Assembly: GCF_009914755.1 (NCBI RefSeq)
Contig: NC_060926.1
Length of the DNA stretch: 64,000 nucleotides
Direction: 5' to 3' (one strand)
DNA from: the human T2T-CHM13v2.0 reference genome, Homo sapiens
The notes under the pieces are model-generated. The model had not been told where the DNA came from and did no database searches. It saw nothing but the letters and a program-made list of their open reading frames with translations. Of this stretch, positions 11,191 to 22,516 are shown piece by piece. A program made the position numbers and the translations under genes. Numbering within the stretch: the first letter of the stretch is position 1; the number at the start of each line of letters is the position of its first letter.

Positions 11191-11906
11191 GCCAAAGTAG
11201 CCATTTAGGGGTTCAAAATGAGGCCTCTCCGATGTCCAAGCCTGTGTCTCTCTAATGTTCTGAAGGGGATTTTCTTCCGTGGGCTTTCACATCTTTTGAT
11301 GACAAGGTACGACATTTTGGTTCTTACATCAATGTCCCTTCTCACCACCACCCCCTACTCTAAGCCAAATAGCAAGATGGAAGAGCGAAAATAGAAATTA
11401 CTAAGACCTTTGGCAAGAAACCAAGCTCCAGCCCCTACTTTCCTATATAGTCAATTTCAGTGCTTCTTAGGGACGTTTCAAATCCTTCTGGATGAGAGGA
11501 AATAGGAGGAAGAAAAACAAGGTTGTATCAAAATGAGAAAACATCTGAGATGTGCCTGCTAGATTGAGGCTTATGATAAATGCTACTTAAAGAGAAATAA
11601 TGAAAACCAGGTAAATGACAAAGGCTTCCAGGAGGGATGACGACAGCTCAGGAAGATGAGGGGGAAATGAAACAAGCACAGAGGAAAGGAAGCTTTGCAG
11701 AGAGACAGAAGGTGGAGAGGGAAGGAAGGAAGCCTTTGTGTGTTTTTTTCATCTCAGAGAGAGAGAAAAAAAAAATCAACACCTAAAAACATACCCAACA
11801 GATAAAGACTCAGAATAGAACAAGAAAGATGAGCTTCAAAAGGAAATTTGTTTGTATGAATGAACAAGCGTTTAATGGGCTTCAATGCTTCAGATTTGCC
11901 CACTGA

Positions 11907-12275
<369 letters not shown>

Positions 12276-13179
12276 TTATTCTTTACAGAGGGAGAGAAGA
12301 AGCCTCTGAAAGGTTAGGAGAGCTGCTCAAGGTCACACAGTTACTAACCAAAGTTGCTGGGACACAGACCTGAGCTTCTGACTTCATAGATGGGACCACT
12401 GCTATCACTTTACAGCTGCAGAGTTTAAAATTAAAAGTGAGAAAAAGGTGAAGTCAGGAATTGGAGAGTAGAACTAAATAATGTGGTTCCCTCGGAGGAG
12501 CAAGAGAGACTCCAAGGATCTATAGCCCTCCATGGAGGAAAAGCCGAAACCTAATTCTGGGAATTCAGTACTTCAAAGCAAATATTACGTATATTTGCTG
12601 GCACGGTTTCTATTTTTAAAAGCAAACTTTTATGCCAGAAAACTTGTAATTAAAGCCCTTACAAGCAGTATCCATGACTGCATTCCAGTTGCCCAGGGAA
12701 ATGCCCACCTCCCAGCTCAGCCCAGGCAGCAGGCTCTGAGGGGCTCCCCCACCCAGAGCCGTGGAGACAGGATTTCAATGAAGATAAAGAGCCTCAACAT
12801 TTATTTTTAAGGGATTTTAAAGTGGCATTCCCAAGACCAAATGCTGCTGCTTTTTAACTGTGTTGTCCCAAATCCATCTTCAGAAGGCAAGGAGACCCTG
12901 CAGAACGGCTCGCTCACAAGCACTGGAGGGCTGGGGGTTTGTCTGATTCAGCCCAGTTCTCTGTCTACACTGCTGGCACCCTGTAGTTTCAGACCAAACA
13001 GCAAGGGCTTGAGTGGAGAGCAGTTTTCAAAATCAGAGAAGAGCTCAGTCAGATGACTGAATTTTAAGCTGAGCCCAAAGATCAACACAATTCTTTTCTG
13101 TCGGGATCAGACCCCACCTTCTAAGCAGGGTTCTGCTCAAGGAATCCTGCAGGTCTCTGGATGGAGCAGCTGGGGAATA

Positions 13180-13630
13180 CTGGGAAGAACACTGGATTTG
13201 GAATCAGACTAACTGGGGTGCAAACTCCAGCCTCCGATTTGCTAGCACCATGCTCACATATGTGAATACCTTCCTGTCTGAGACTCAGTTTCTTTCCTGG
13301 TAAAATAATGCAATTTATAAATTACCCTGAAACTGGGTAATTTATAAAGAAAATGAATTTATTTATCCCAGTTGGGATAGAGAGAGCTATGAAAAGCAAA
13401 AGTTACATAATAGGTGCTCAATAAGCATTAATCCCTGTGGGGTAGGTGACAGAGTCTGAACCTCTGCATTTAAATTCTGTTTTGCCCCTTGCCCAGGGGC
13501 AAATTAAATTCTGTGTGGCCCTGGCCAAGATTCTGACCTCTCTGGACCTTAGTGCTCATCTATGTAAGAACGGGGCCAATAGTCTCCAGCTCACAGGGCT
13601 CCTGGGGAGGTGAGAGGAGAGCATGAACAA
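13180..13630 (+). mobile_element. Two tandem MIRs, each carrying a small hairpin insertion
   Basis: ttggaatcagact...gactcagtttctttcctggtaaaat and ctgtgtggccctggccaag...acctctctggaccttag. Confidence 0.7.
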
Positions 13631-13724
13631 GACCTGCATGGTGGGGCTTCCATGTTTCTGCTTTCCAATGTGCAACATCCAACCCACCTATTGAGAAAGG
13701 AATTGACGCGGAATGGCTTACTTT

Positions 13725-14049
13725 TGTATTGGTCTGTTCTCTCACTGCTAATTGGCTCACAATTCCACAGGCTGCACAGGAAGCATGCTGGGGAGGCCTC
13801 AGGAAACTTACAATCATGGTGGAAGATGAAGAGGAAGCAAGCACGTCTTACCATGGCAGAGAAGGGAGAGAGCACGAAGGAGGAAGCACTACACATTTTG
13901 AAACAACCAGATGTCGTAAGAACTCACTCGCTATCATAAGAATAGCAAGAGGGAAGTCCACCTCCATGATCCAATCACCTCCCACCAGGTCCCTTCTCCA
14001 ACACTGAGGATTACAATTTGACATGAGATTTGGGTGGGGACAGAGAGCC
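13725..14049 (-). mobile_element. MSTA-like LTR with an internal deletion of ~45 bp
   Basis: tgtattggtctgttctc...ggggaggcctcaggaaacttacaatcatgg...catgagatttgggtgggga. Confidence 0.9.
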
Positions 14050-14949
14050 TGCTTTCCATGGCTCGCCTCTCTGGGGTAGAAGAGGGAGGACCAGAGAGGT
14101 TTCCTTATGTGAGGGCCTGTGGTTCCTCTGGCCCAACCTGAATGTGCAGAAGTGCTCTCTGTGTTGCTATCGCTCTTGCTATTTGCATGCCTGGGATCCC
14201 ATGAAGATCTTAAGGGGCTTTCTCCCTGCTCCTCCCAAAATAGTTCCTATGGCTCCAGCTCAGTCTCTTTAACCCCAGGGATGGTCCTGCAAGCAGAGTC
14301 AGGCACCAGCCGTACAGCTCAGGCCTAGACACCTTCCTCTGGGTTTTTTGAAAGCACCTTGGCTCAAGTAACCTTGCCCAGTGGTGGAGATCCAGGCCAC
14401 GCCACCGTCTCCCCGCCATACCCTGCCATCTCTTTGCTTCTCTTTTCTCCTGCTCACAGTGTCAGATCAGATCAGCCAGCCACCATCTGAACAGATGCCC
14501 CCAGAAGGCAGAATGCAGTCTCCCCTGCCTGCAGGCATCCCTGGAATTTACAAATGATGCTTGTAGAGACCCCTTCCCTTGGTTTTGGGGAGGAAAACCT
14601 GTCAGTTCTCAGAAAGAACAGGTGACTTCTTGCTGTGTGGAAAATCTCAGGGGGCATACAGTCCAGGCTTCAGGTCTGCCAGGAGCAATCCTGCTCATGG
14701 CTGTCAGCTCCTCCACCACCTGGCTCGGGAAAAAACGGGCAGAGGGTTGACCAGAAAAGGCTGAATCATGCATCTGGTGGCTATGGAGCACCGTCACATA
14801 GCAGTCCCCTCTCCAGCCACATGGGCCTCTCTGTCTTCTTCATTCCCCAGACTGGCTGGGCTGGGCAAGGAATCCCATCTTCACAGACCCACCTCCTTTT
14901 TCTTCTTCCTCACGGATTTTTAACCTCTGTTCCCCAGCATTCATTTTTT

Positions 14950-15080
14950 TTTCCTTCATTCATTCCACAAATATCAAGGGAGTGCTTATGCTGGATCAAG
15001 TTTTCTGTTGGGTCTTGAGAATATGGTGAGCAATAAATCATGCATCTGCCCTCAAGCCCAGTGGAGGAAACAGATAGATG
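14950..15080 (-). mobile_element. L2 3' end
   Basis: ttcattcattccacaaatat...ctgccctcaag. Confidence 0.5.
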
Positions 15081-16116
15081 GTAGAACAAACCAGCAAATG
15101 GCAGGTCTGCCCCCCTCATTAGAGGGAGAAAAGAAAAATAGTAGAATTTAATCAGAATGAGCACATCAGAGATGGGACCCATTTCACCAGGTATCAAAGA
15201 GACAAGCCATCAACAACTATGCTATTCCTCTGGGATGGCAGCCAGGCCAGCCAGGCAGGAAAGAGCCTAAAACTCTATCATTGGGGTCTATTGTTACAAA
15301 AAGGGGCAAACCCAGAGCCAAAGGGAGACACAGCCCTTCCTTGTTCTGAGGTTAGACCATGGTGCCTCCAAGAAATATGAATGTGTGCCCTTGGTAAGGT
15401 GTGCTCACTTCTAGCTGACTTTATTAAGCAAGTCAGCTACCACCTTCTTTAAGGAAGAAATGGAACCAGAACGGGAACACTCACATTTCCTTCTGCCCAT
15501 GGACCTAGAGCCAACCACCCCAGCCTGCCATGCCTGAGCATCTAGGTGGAGAAGAGCTGGAGGTGAAAGAGACAGGTCAGGCATTGGGGGAGCACCTGCT
15601 GGTGAAGGGTTGTCTCAAGGCAGCACAGGGTACAGTCAGGTCACCAGCACAGCAGTGGTCCTGCTTCAGCCTTGCCATGCCCTCTAGGCTTTGCCTCCTC
15701 TCCTTTGGAAAGAAGAGTGTGCCTCACCTTGTAATCCAGTGGTACTGACCTGGTACAAGCTGATGGGGCAGGGGCCAGCGTGTGCTTGGGATGGGGCTGT
15801 CATCCTTGCAAACCTCAGCAGAGGACAGACTGATTGATGGAGCATGTTTCCGCTGTCTTAGCCATTTTCTCTTGCTTATAACAGAATGCCTGAAATTGGG
15901 TAATTTATAAAGAAAAGTAACTTATTTCTTACAGTTCTAGAGGCTGCAATGTCCAAGGTCAAGAGGCTGCCTCTGGCAAAGGCCTTCTTGCTGGTGGGGA
16001 CTCTGCAGAGTCCTGAGGCAATGCAGGGCATCACATGGTGAAGGGGCTGAGTGTCCCAGCTCAGGTCTCTCTCCTTTTCTTATAAAGCCACCAGTTCCCC
16101 TCTCATGATAACCCAT

Positions 16117-16867
16117 TGCAAAAGAAAAATAAAATCCTAAGTCCCTCAACTGATGGAACAAACCCCCTCTCAGCCAAGGGGACTGAAGGAAATCTTAAAA
16201 AGAACTGAGCTCCCGGACATGACAGGACAGGAGGTTAGACCCGCCCCTTTCTACTCCTTCGCTAACCACCTTTCTTTCCTTAGGGATAAACAGAAACCAA
16301 CACTTTTGAAAGACTTGCTCTGCTGCTGATATCCACCAGCCTCCTGATACCCACCCTCCATTCTGCAGTTTTAACACAGCACCAGACCAGCATTCCTTTT
16401 TGATAAGAGACCACTGGCCATGGAATGGTTCTGTTCAGTCTGCAGAGCTGCGCACAGAGGGTCTTCGTGCCCCTGCTTCACCTTTTGACGTATAGGGCCT
16501 AACTGTAACACATTTAAAGGTTTCTCCCTCTCCATCACAAAGGGAACATGGGACGTGTGTAACATACATGCTGGCTTACTATGCATGTGCCCATCTCCCT
16601 CTTGTGAATATTCATAGCTCCTCCTATAGCCTGCTGAATAGGTACACTTAGCCCACCCCTTCAGCACAAATTCCTGTCTCGTAACCTCCTCCCTAAAGGG
16701 ATTGCTTTTCTGTTCAGCTGGAGGCTCCACTTTCTGCTTGCAGGTCGTGGTACCCTTCTTTAGAAATAAAGCCCTCCTTTCTAAATTTATAGATTTTGTG
16801 ATACCCTCCTTTAGAAATAAAGCCCTCCTTTCTAAATTTATAGATTTTGTGACTTTTTCAGTTCACA
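16117..16867 (+). mobile_element. ERV1-class solo LTR (MER39-like)
   Basis: tgcaaaagaaaataaaatcctaag...gataagagaccact...cttcaccttttgacgt...ttttcagttcaca; TSD ccat / tcat. Confidence 0.8.
16751..16852 (+). repeat. 51-bp tandem duplication (1 mismatch) containing AATAAA
   Basis: Units 16751-16801 and 16802-16852. Confidence 0.95.
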
Positions 16868-17520
16868 TCATGATTCCATCAATCCACGAATGGGTTAATC
16901 CATTCATGAGGGCAGAGCCTTATGATCCAATCACCTCTCAAAGGTTCCACCTCTCAACACTGAAGATCAAATTTCAACACAAGTTTTAGCAGGGACAAAT
17001 ATTCAAACCACAGCATCCACCGTCCCCAGCCCTCTGTGGATAGTGGTGTGGGGTCATCTTTGTTAGAGGCAGCCACGGAGGACTCTTCCCTAGGGACAAA
17101 AAGACTCCAAATCAAAATTGTCCCCCACCAATTTATAGCGTCTCATCCTATGGGATGGAAACTGGAATTGGCAGGGGAAACACCAGGGTCATAAAATCAA
17201 CTCAGTGAAATAAACCTGTGTGTGTGCTCAGACAGAAGTCTATCCAGGGACCTACAGGGAGTCATATTTCCCTGAAGGAATTCCTAAGAATTCTTCCTCA
17301 GAGGATGTGGCCTACAGCTAGCTGAATCTAGAAAGCTCAGCAGAAAGAGAAGAACATTCCCAACAAAAAGGATACCTTAAGTCACCCATGTATTCATTCA
17401 CTCAACAAACACCCGAGTGCCTACAAGGGACACTGTGATGGGTCGGTGTTGGCTTCTATTCTCCAGAAACTCATGGCCTAGTGGGGAGGGATGGGTAATC
17501 AGAGCTATCCGGGATGATGG

Positions 17521-17931
17521 CATGTTCATCTGTTTTGCATTGCTATGAAGGAGTAGTCGAGGCTGGGTAATTTATAAAGCAAAGAGATTTATTTGGCTCA
17601 TGGTTCTGCGGGCTGTACGAGAGGAGTGGCAATAGCATCTACTTCTGGGGAAGCCCTCAGGAAGCTTTTAATCATGGTGGAAGGCAAAGGGGGAGCAGAG
17701 GTGAGAAAGGGAGACAAAGAGAGAGAGGAGGGGTGCAACACTCTTTTCAACAGTCAGCTCTCGTGTGAACTAACAGAGTGACAAATCATTCATCACCAAG
17801 AGGATGGCACCAAGCCATTCATGAGGGGTCTGCCCTGATGATCCTAATACCTCCCACCAGGCCTCACCTCCAATGCTGGGGATCACATTTCAACATGAGG
17901 TTTGGTGGGGACAAATATCCAAACCATATCA
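17521..17931 (-). mobile_element. MSTB-like LTR (inserted in an L2 remnant)
   Basis: gggtaatttataaag...tttcaacatgaggtttggtggggacaaatatccaaaccatatca. Confidence 0.9.
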
Positions 17932-18327
17932 CATAGGAAGCAGTTTACAATGGCGGCTGTTCATGGTGCCGCGAGGAAGTCAAGGGATCGAGCCCCTCCA
18001 CCTGCCTGCTCAAGGAATCGAGTACCTTCACCTGCCAGGAGGGGGCTGCACGGGCTTCACATAGAAGGGTGAAAAGAACCCCTGCACACAGGGATGAAGA
18101 GCAAAGACAGTCTTGAATGCCAAACTGAAGATTTTGAAGTTGGGAGCCACATGCTCAGACCTGCATGCTAGAGAGCTCTCAGGCAACTACCTGGAAGGTG
18201 AAATGAGGAGAAACAAGATTAGTTGGGAGACTGTTGTAACAGACTGAATGAGGGGAGGCGAAGGCATGAACTTCTTCCAAAGGAGCTCAAAGAAAATTCA
18301 GGATGGGGGCAAATGCAAGAGCAGTGG

Positions 18328-18810
18328 TGTCACCAAACCAAACTGTGTCCATTTGCACCCATACAACAGAAAGCCAAACACGAAAGCACTGGCTTTTTGC
18401 AGTGAGAAAGGCTTATTGTGAGTCGACTGAAAAGAAGACAGGAGGAAACACTCAAATCTGTCTCCACAAGCTGGGGTTTGGGTTGGATTTTATAAGCATA
18501 GGGTAATGAGGTGTGATCTGATTGGATCTTACAATAATGTGATGCCTGGAGGCGTGATCTGACTGGATCATGCGATGGGGTGATGCCAGGGCTCAATCTG
18601 ATTGGATCCTGGATCTTGCTGTGTGGCATCTGCTTCTTAATTCAGTCCCTGCTCCTAGGTCCGAGCACTTAGTTCTGCCCGTGGGTGCATGCTTGGTTCA
18701 TCTGGGCATGCTCAGGTTATGTGACCTTCAACCTGGGTGTCCATGGCAACTGCAAAACATCACAACTTCGTTACATAAAGGTTGAACCAAATTGGTCTGA
18801 TGCGGTGATG
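18328..18810 (-). mobile_element. ERV1-class solo LTR (family not settled)
   Basis: tgtcacc terminus, 4-bp TSD GTGG at 18324-18327 and 18811-18814, minus-strand TATAAAA and repeated CCAAT units. Confidence 0.75.
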
Positions 18811-18859
18811 GTGGCTGCCCTGCCATGCCCCGGCCCACCTGGAGGGTGAGGAGTGGTGA

Positions 18860-19050
18860 TTCACAGAGGACTGCTCAGCAGGTGCCCAGGGTTTGCCACT
18901 GGGTCACTCATCCGGTCTTCATGGTAACCTGGTCAGGTGAGCAAGCGGGGTGAATGTCCCCACGTGGACAGAGGCTGAAGCACCAAGATAAGTGACTCAC
19001 TGAAACCACATGGCAAGCCAACAACAGAGCCAGGACTCACTGCCCAGAGC
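18860..19050 (-). mobile_element. Diverged MIR
   Basis: gaggctgaagcaccaagataagtgactcactgaaaccacatggc...agagccaggactc. Confidence 0.5.
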
Positions 19051-19199
19051 CCCTCTGCATCCACCCCTCTGCCCTGCTGAGCCATCTCTGCTACAGAGTG
19101 CTAGAAGGTGGCATGCACCCCTAGGGGACATGAGGTCTCAGAATCAATGAAGACATTTCTCCTCCCAGGAAATGGTATCCATGCATTTAAATTAGTATC

Positions 19200-20340
19200 T
19201 TTATAATCAGCTTAAGGGCATTTTATTTTAATGTAGCAGCTGAGAGGCAAAATCAGGTCCCACTTTAAGTGCTACTAAAATCTGCTGTGTGGGCAGCTCT
19301 CCGATGTGGAAATGAAGCACCCTTAACAGCCACCCACATAACAGCCTAATTTTCACTCAAGAGTCGCTATTGAAAAAAAAAAAAGTGACTCAAAACCACC
19401 AGCAACTTTGAATTTAACTTCTGAAAACCTTCAGCTGGTGGAATGGGGGAGATCGTCCAAGAAGGCAGACTGAAGACCCCAGGGCCGGTGGGACTGGCCC
19501 CAGCTGCAGGCCTGGCTGAGGTCTTGCATGGGGGTTCTGCGGTCCAAGCTACACCTCAGTCACCATCACAGGGACGAGGGGCGTGCGAGGCCAGCCCTGG
19601 GCCCACGTCGACACCTGCCCCCGGAACCGCAGTTGTAAACGCACCACTCTGGCGGGCAGCCTGGCGGGTCCTAGAGGAGGCGAAGTCGGCTACGATGCTG
19701 TTCACAGACCCAGGAGAAAGCCGATTCCTTCTCTACCTCCACTGCAGCTCTCTCTCTCTCTGCTGGCTCATGGCCTCCTGCCGGGTCACTGGGACAGTTT
19801 GTCACGGCCTCCCTGCCTCCAGCTGTCACTACCAGGCTCCTCTTCCCTGGGATGCTGCAGTCCCTGAAGCAGAAGTTGGGCCTCGCGGTTTCCCTGAGCA
19901 TCGTCCGTGTGAAGACTCCCGGGCCCTCTGGACCCGGCCTTCTCCCTGCTTGGCCCCGCCCCAGGTGCAGCTGGCCTCTTTGGGATGGCTTCACATGGCC
20001 TAAGCGCTGTAAACACACTTTGAGAGTAAAAAAAAAAAAAAAAAAGTGTGTGCAGAGGTAATCTGCTGTTATTTAGAGAAACAAAGCAAACAACCATGAT
20101 GGATCAGAGAGAGCCTTTCCCAAGGCTTTGCAGACGGGTGGCTGCACATGGGCCATGAAACATGCTCACACGTGCCAGTGGCCTGCACGTGACCCTGAAC
20201 TCGGCACCGCCCTCCGACAGCGGGAGACATGCACACAGAACGACAGAAGTAGAAGCAACTTCTGACCCCGGGCTTTTAGCATGCTTTGTTGGTAAGGGAC
20301 ATTCTGACGCTTCCTTTGGGATCAGAGAGCCGTCTCGAGG
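19200..20340. promoter_or_regulatory. Unique CpG-enriched block: candidate promoter/enhancer and/or lncRNA exon
   Basis: Dense CpGs at 19570-19730 and 20160-20340; TGACTCA 19386, TGTAAACA 20008, CACGTG x2 near 20170-20190; no recognisable repeat. Confidence 0.45.
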
Positions 20341-21804
20341 GGCTCCACTTTAACACCTGGTGTGTTGCTGTGCTCTCCCTTGGCCGCCCCATCCCCACAG
20401 CTCCACATTTCAAGAGGCCAGATTTTGAAGGAGACCAGCTGCTTTTTATTTTGTAAGATCCATAGGATGTTTGGGTGTGTGACAGAAAGAGAGAGACAGA
20501 GACAGGAAGAGGGAGAGAGAACCATATTCACATATGGTTTTTAAAAATCAAACAATCAGGAGTGATATTTAAAAAATTCAATGTCTCCCACTGTCCCCAC
20601 CCTCCAGTCTGGTCCCGAGGTTCTTCTGTCCCACCATGACGGGAATAACACAGGCATGCCTCTGTTTTGTCGGTTACCTCCCCACTCAAAGATGAATCAT
20701 TTCGCTCACAGCGTCTCCTACCTTCCTTATCTTCCTTCCAGAATTGTTTAGTTATAACAACAGTTTTTGTTTCATTAATTTAATATCTTTAAAAATATAC
20801 AGAAACCTCCACCTCTTGTTCCACCAATGATACCGGCGCATTTTCTAATGTCCTATTATGTAAGGTGAAGAAAATTATGTTCCCGCACCGCACCTCCTCC
20901 TCCGTCTCCCCAGCCCCCACCCACCCTGGCTTTTCATTTGTCAGTTCTTAGCCTACTCAGTTTTGTTCTGTATCTATCACGGACTCCCATTAATTAAACC
21001 CTGAATTAATGATTGAATTGCCTATTGGTTAATTCTAAAAACTAAAGCCAATAGAGGTTATAATGCTATCATTAGACAAGTACTGTTTTCTGCAAAGTAG
21101 TGCGATTTGCTTTGTAGAGAAGAAAACATAATTCCATGTTTCCATTACTAGGTCCTTCCCCCAAACAAGATGGTGACACTGTGGTGGGAAGGGTCCCTCA
21201 TCCCGTATCTCACCTTCACTGTCACCTCACACTTGTGTGGCCTCCATCATTGTCTTCTGACAAGGAATCAAGGAAATCTAAAACGTGGGTTGCATCTGAT
21301 ACTTAAAATTATTAATACGCCGCAGCAGCCAACTGCTATGGGCTTGTTCCGTGTCGATGCCTGCAATCAGCTGGACTCAAAGCCCACATCTTGATGTTGG
21401 GGATTCTGTCTTGTCTGGTGCAGTGTCAGGAGCAGTTTTGTGTCAGCAGGTGACCCACCCGCCACAACACTTCCTGCTGCCTCCCTTCTGACCTTCCTGG
21501 TGGGAGATTCCTGAGCAGGCTGTCAACATAAAATGTGTCCTAAAATCCCCCTTTTATTTTCTCTTTTAATGCACTGAGTTAGTAGAAGAATGTTGACTGT
21601 CACGAACGCAGTAAAGTGAAGTGTGGAGGAATTCACATCCATCAATGAGGATCCTCGTGTGTCACTTGTCCATGAGGGCTTCAAGCCCCACTAAACGATT
21701 CTGGAAGGAGAAGATTCCGTGCACACAGGTCAAATGGATTCTGTCAGTGCTCAATGTCACGTCTCATCTTAGGTCCGCATATTTGAACCAGGATCTTTTA
21801 CTTG

Positions 21805-22390
21805 TCGGGGTTCAGTCCCAGAGAACAAAACCCACTCTGGCTAGTTTAAGCAGAAAGGAATTTGAGATGTGAAATTATGGGCTTACGAAACTGCTGGGAG
21901 GGTTGGAGGCCCAGGCTCAAGGCCTAGCTTCCAGAAATGACTCTCAAAGCCAGCCCACCAAGGAAGCTGCCCAGGGAGGAGGGGAACAACTAGGCAAACA
22001 AGAACCAGGAAGCCACTGCCTCAACTCTGAGTCTCCAAGCCGTACTGTCTTGCCTTCGATCTGGGGGTCAGAATCCACTGCCCTCCCTCCATGGGCTGTG
22101 GGATCTCACTGTCTCATGTACCATCTATGCCAGCACCACAGGTGGCCCGTACCCAGCCTCTTAACACCCATGAACTAGAGGCCAGCTAGCGGGCCATCTG
22201 CCTGCCCCTGCTGCAGACAAGCCAACACCTCTCTATGCTGGCAGCTGGATCCAGCCTCCCGCAGACTCCTCCCATCCACATCGGCAGGTCACGGGCATCA
22301 GCCCGGCAGGAGCTAGGCCACAGGATGATCCCAGGCTGTGAGGGAGCCTGGGAAACATTCATAGCCTTTGGCTTTCCCACCTGCAACGTA
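21805..22390 (-). mobile_element. Ancient MaLR/ERVL-type LTR (MLT1K/L-like)
   Basis: aacaaaacccactctggctagtttaagcagaaaggaattt motif. Confidence 0.45.
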
Positions 22391-22398
22391 CACTTAGG

Positions 22399-22516
22399 CA
22401 GTGGCTCCCAAACTTGAACAGGCAGATCTGGGGTGGGGCTTGGAAATGAGCATTTCTAACCATTTCCAAGGCGATGCTGCGTAGCTGGTCCAAGGACCAC
22501 ACCGCGAGAGCCACTG
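22399..22516. mobile_element. MER5-type hAT MITE (internally deleted)
   Basis: TIRs cagtggctccc / gagagccactg; ctggggtggggcttggaaatgagcatttctaac core. Confidence 0.8.

Larger units (their letters stand above)
15854..17015 (-). mobile_element. MSTC-like LTR split by a nested LTR
   Basis: tgtcttag...gggtaatttataaagaaaag...; resumes at ~16872 and ends caaaccacagca; TSD tccgc / tccac. Confidence 0.85.

Noticed and set aside
21570-21730. Possible plus-strand exon after a pyrimidine tract
   Set aside because: Ambiguous acceptor (GAG/TAG cluster) and poor donor (GTCAAA).
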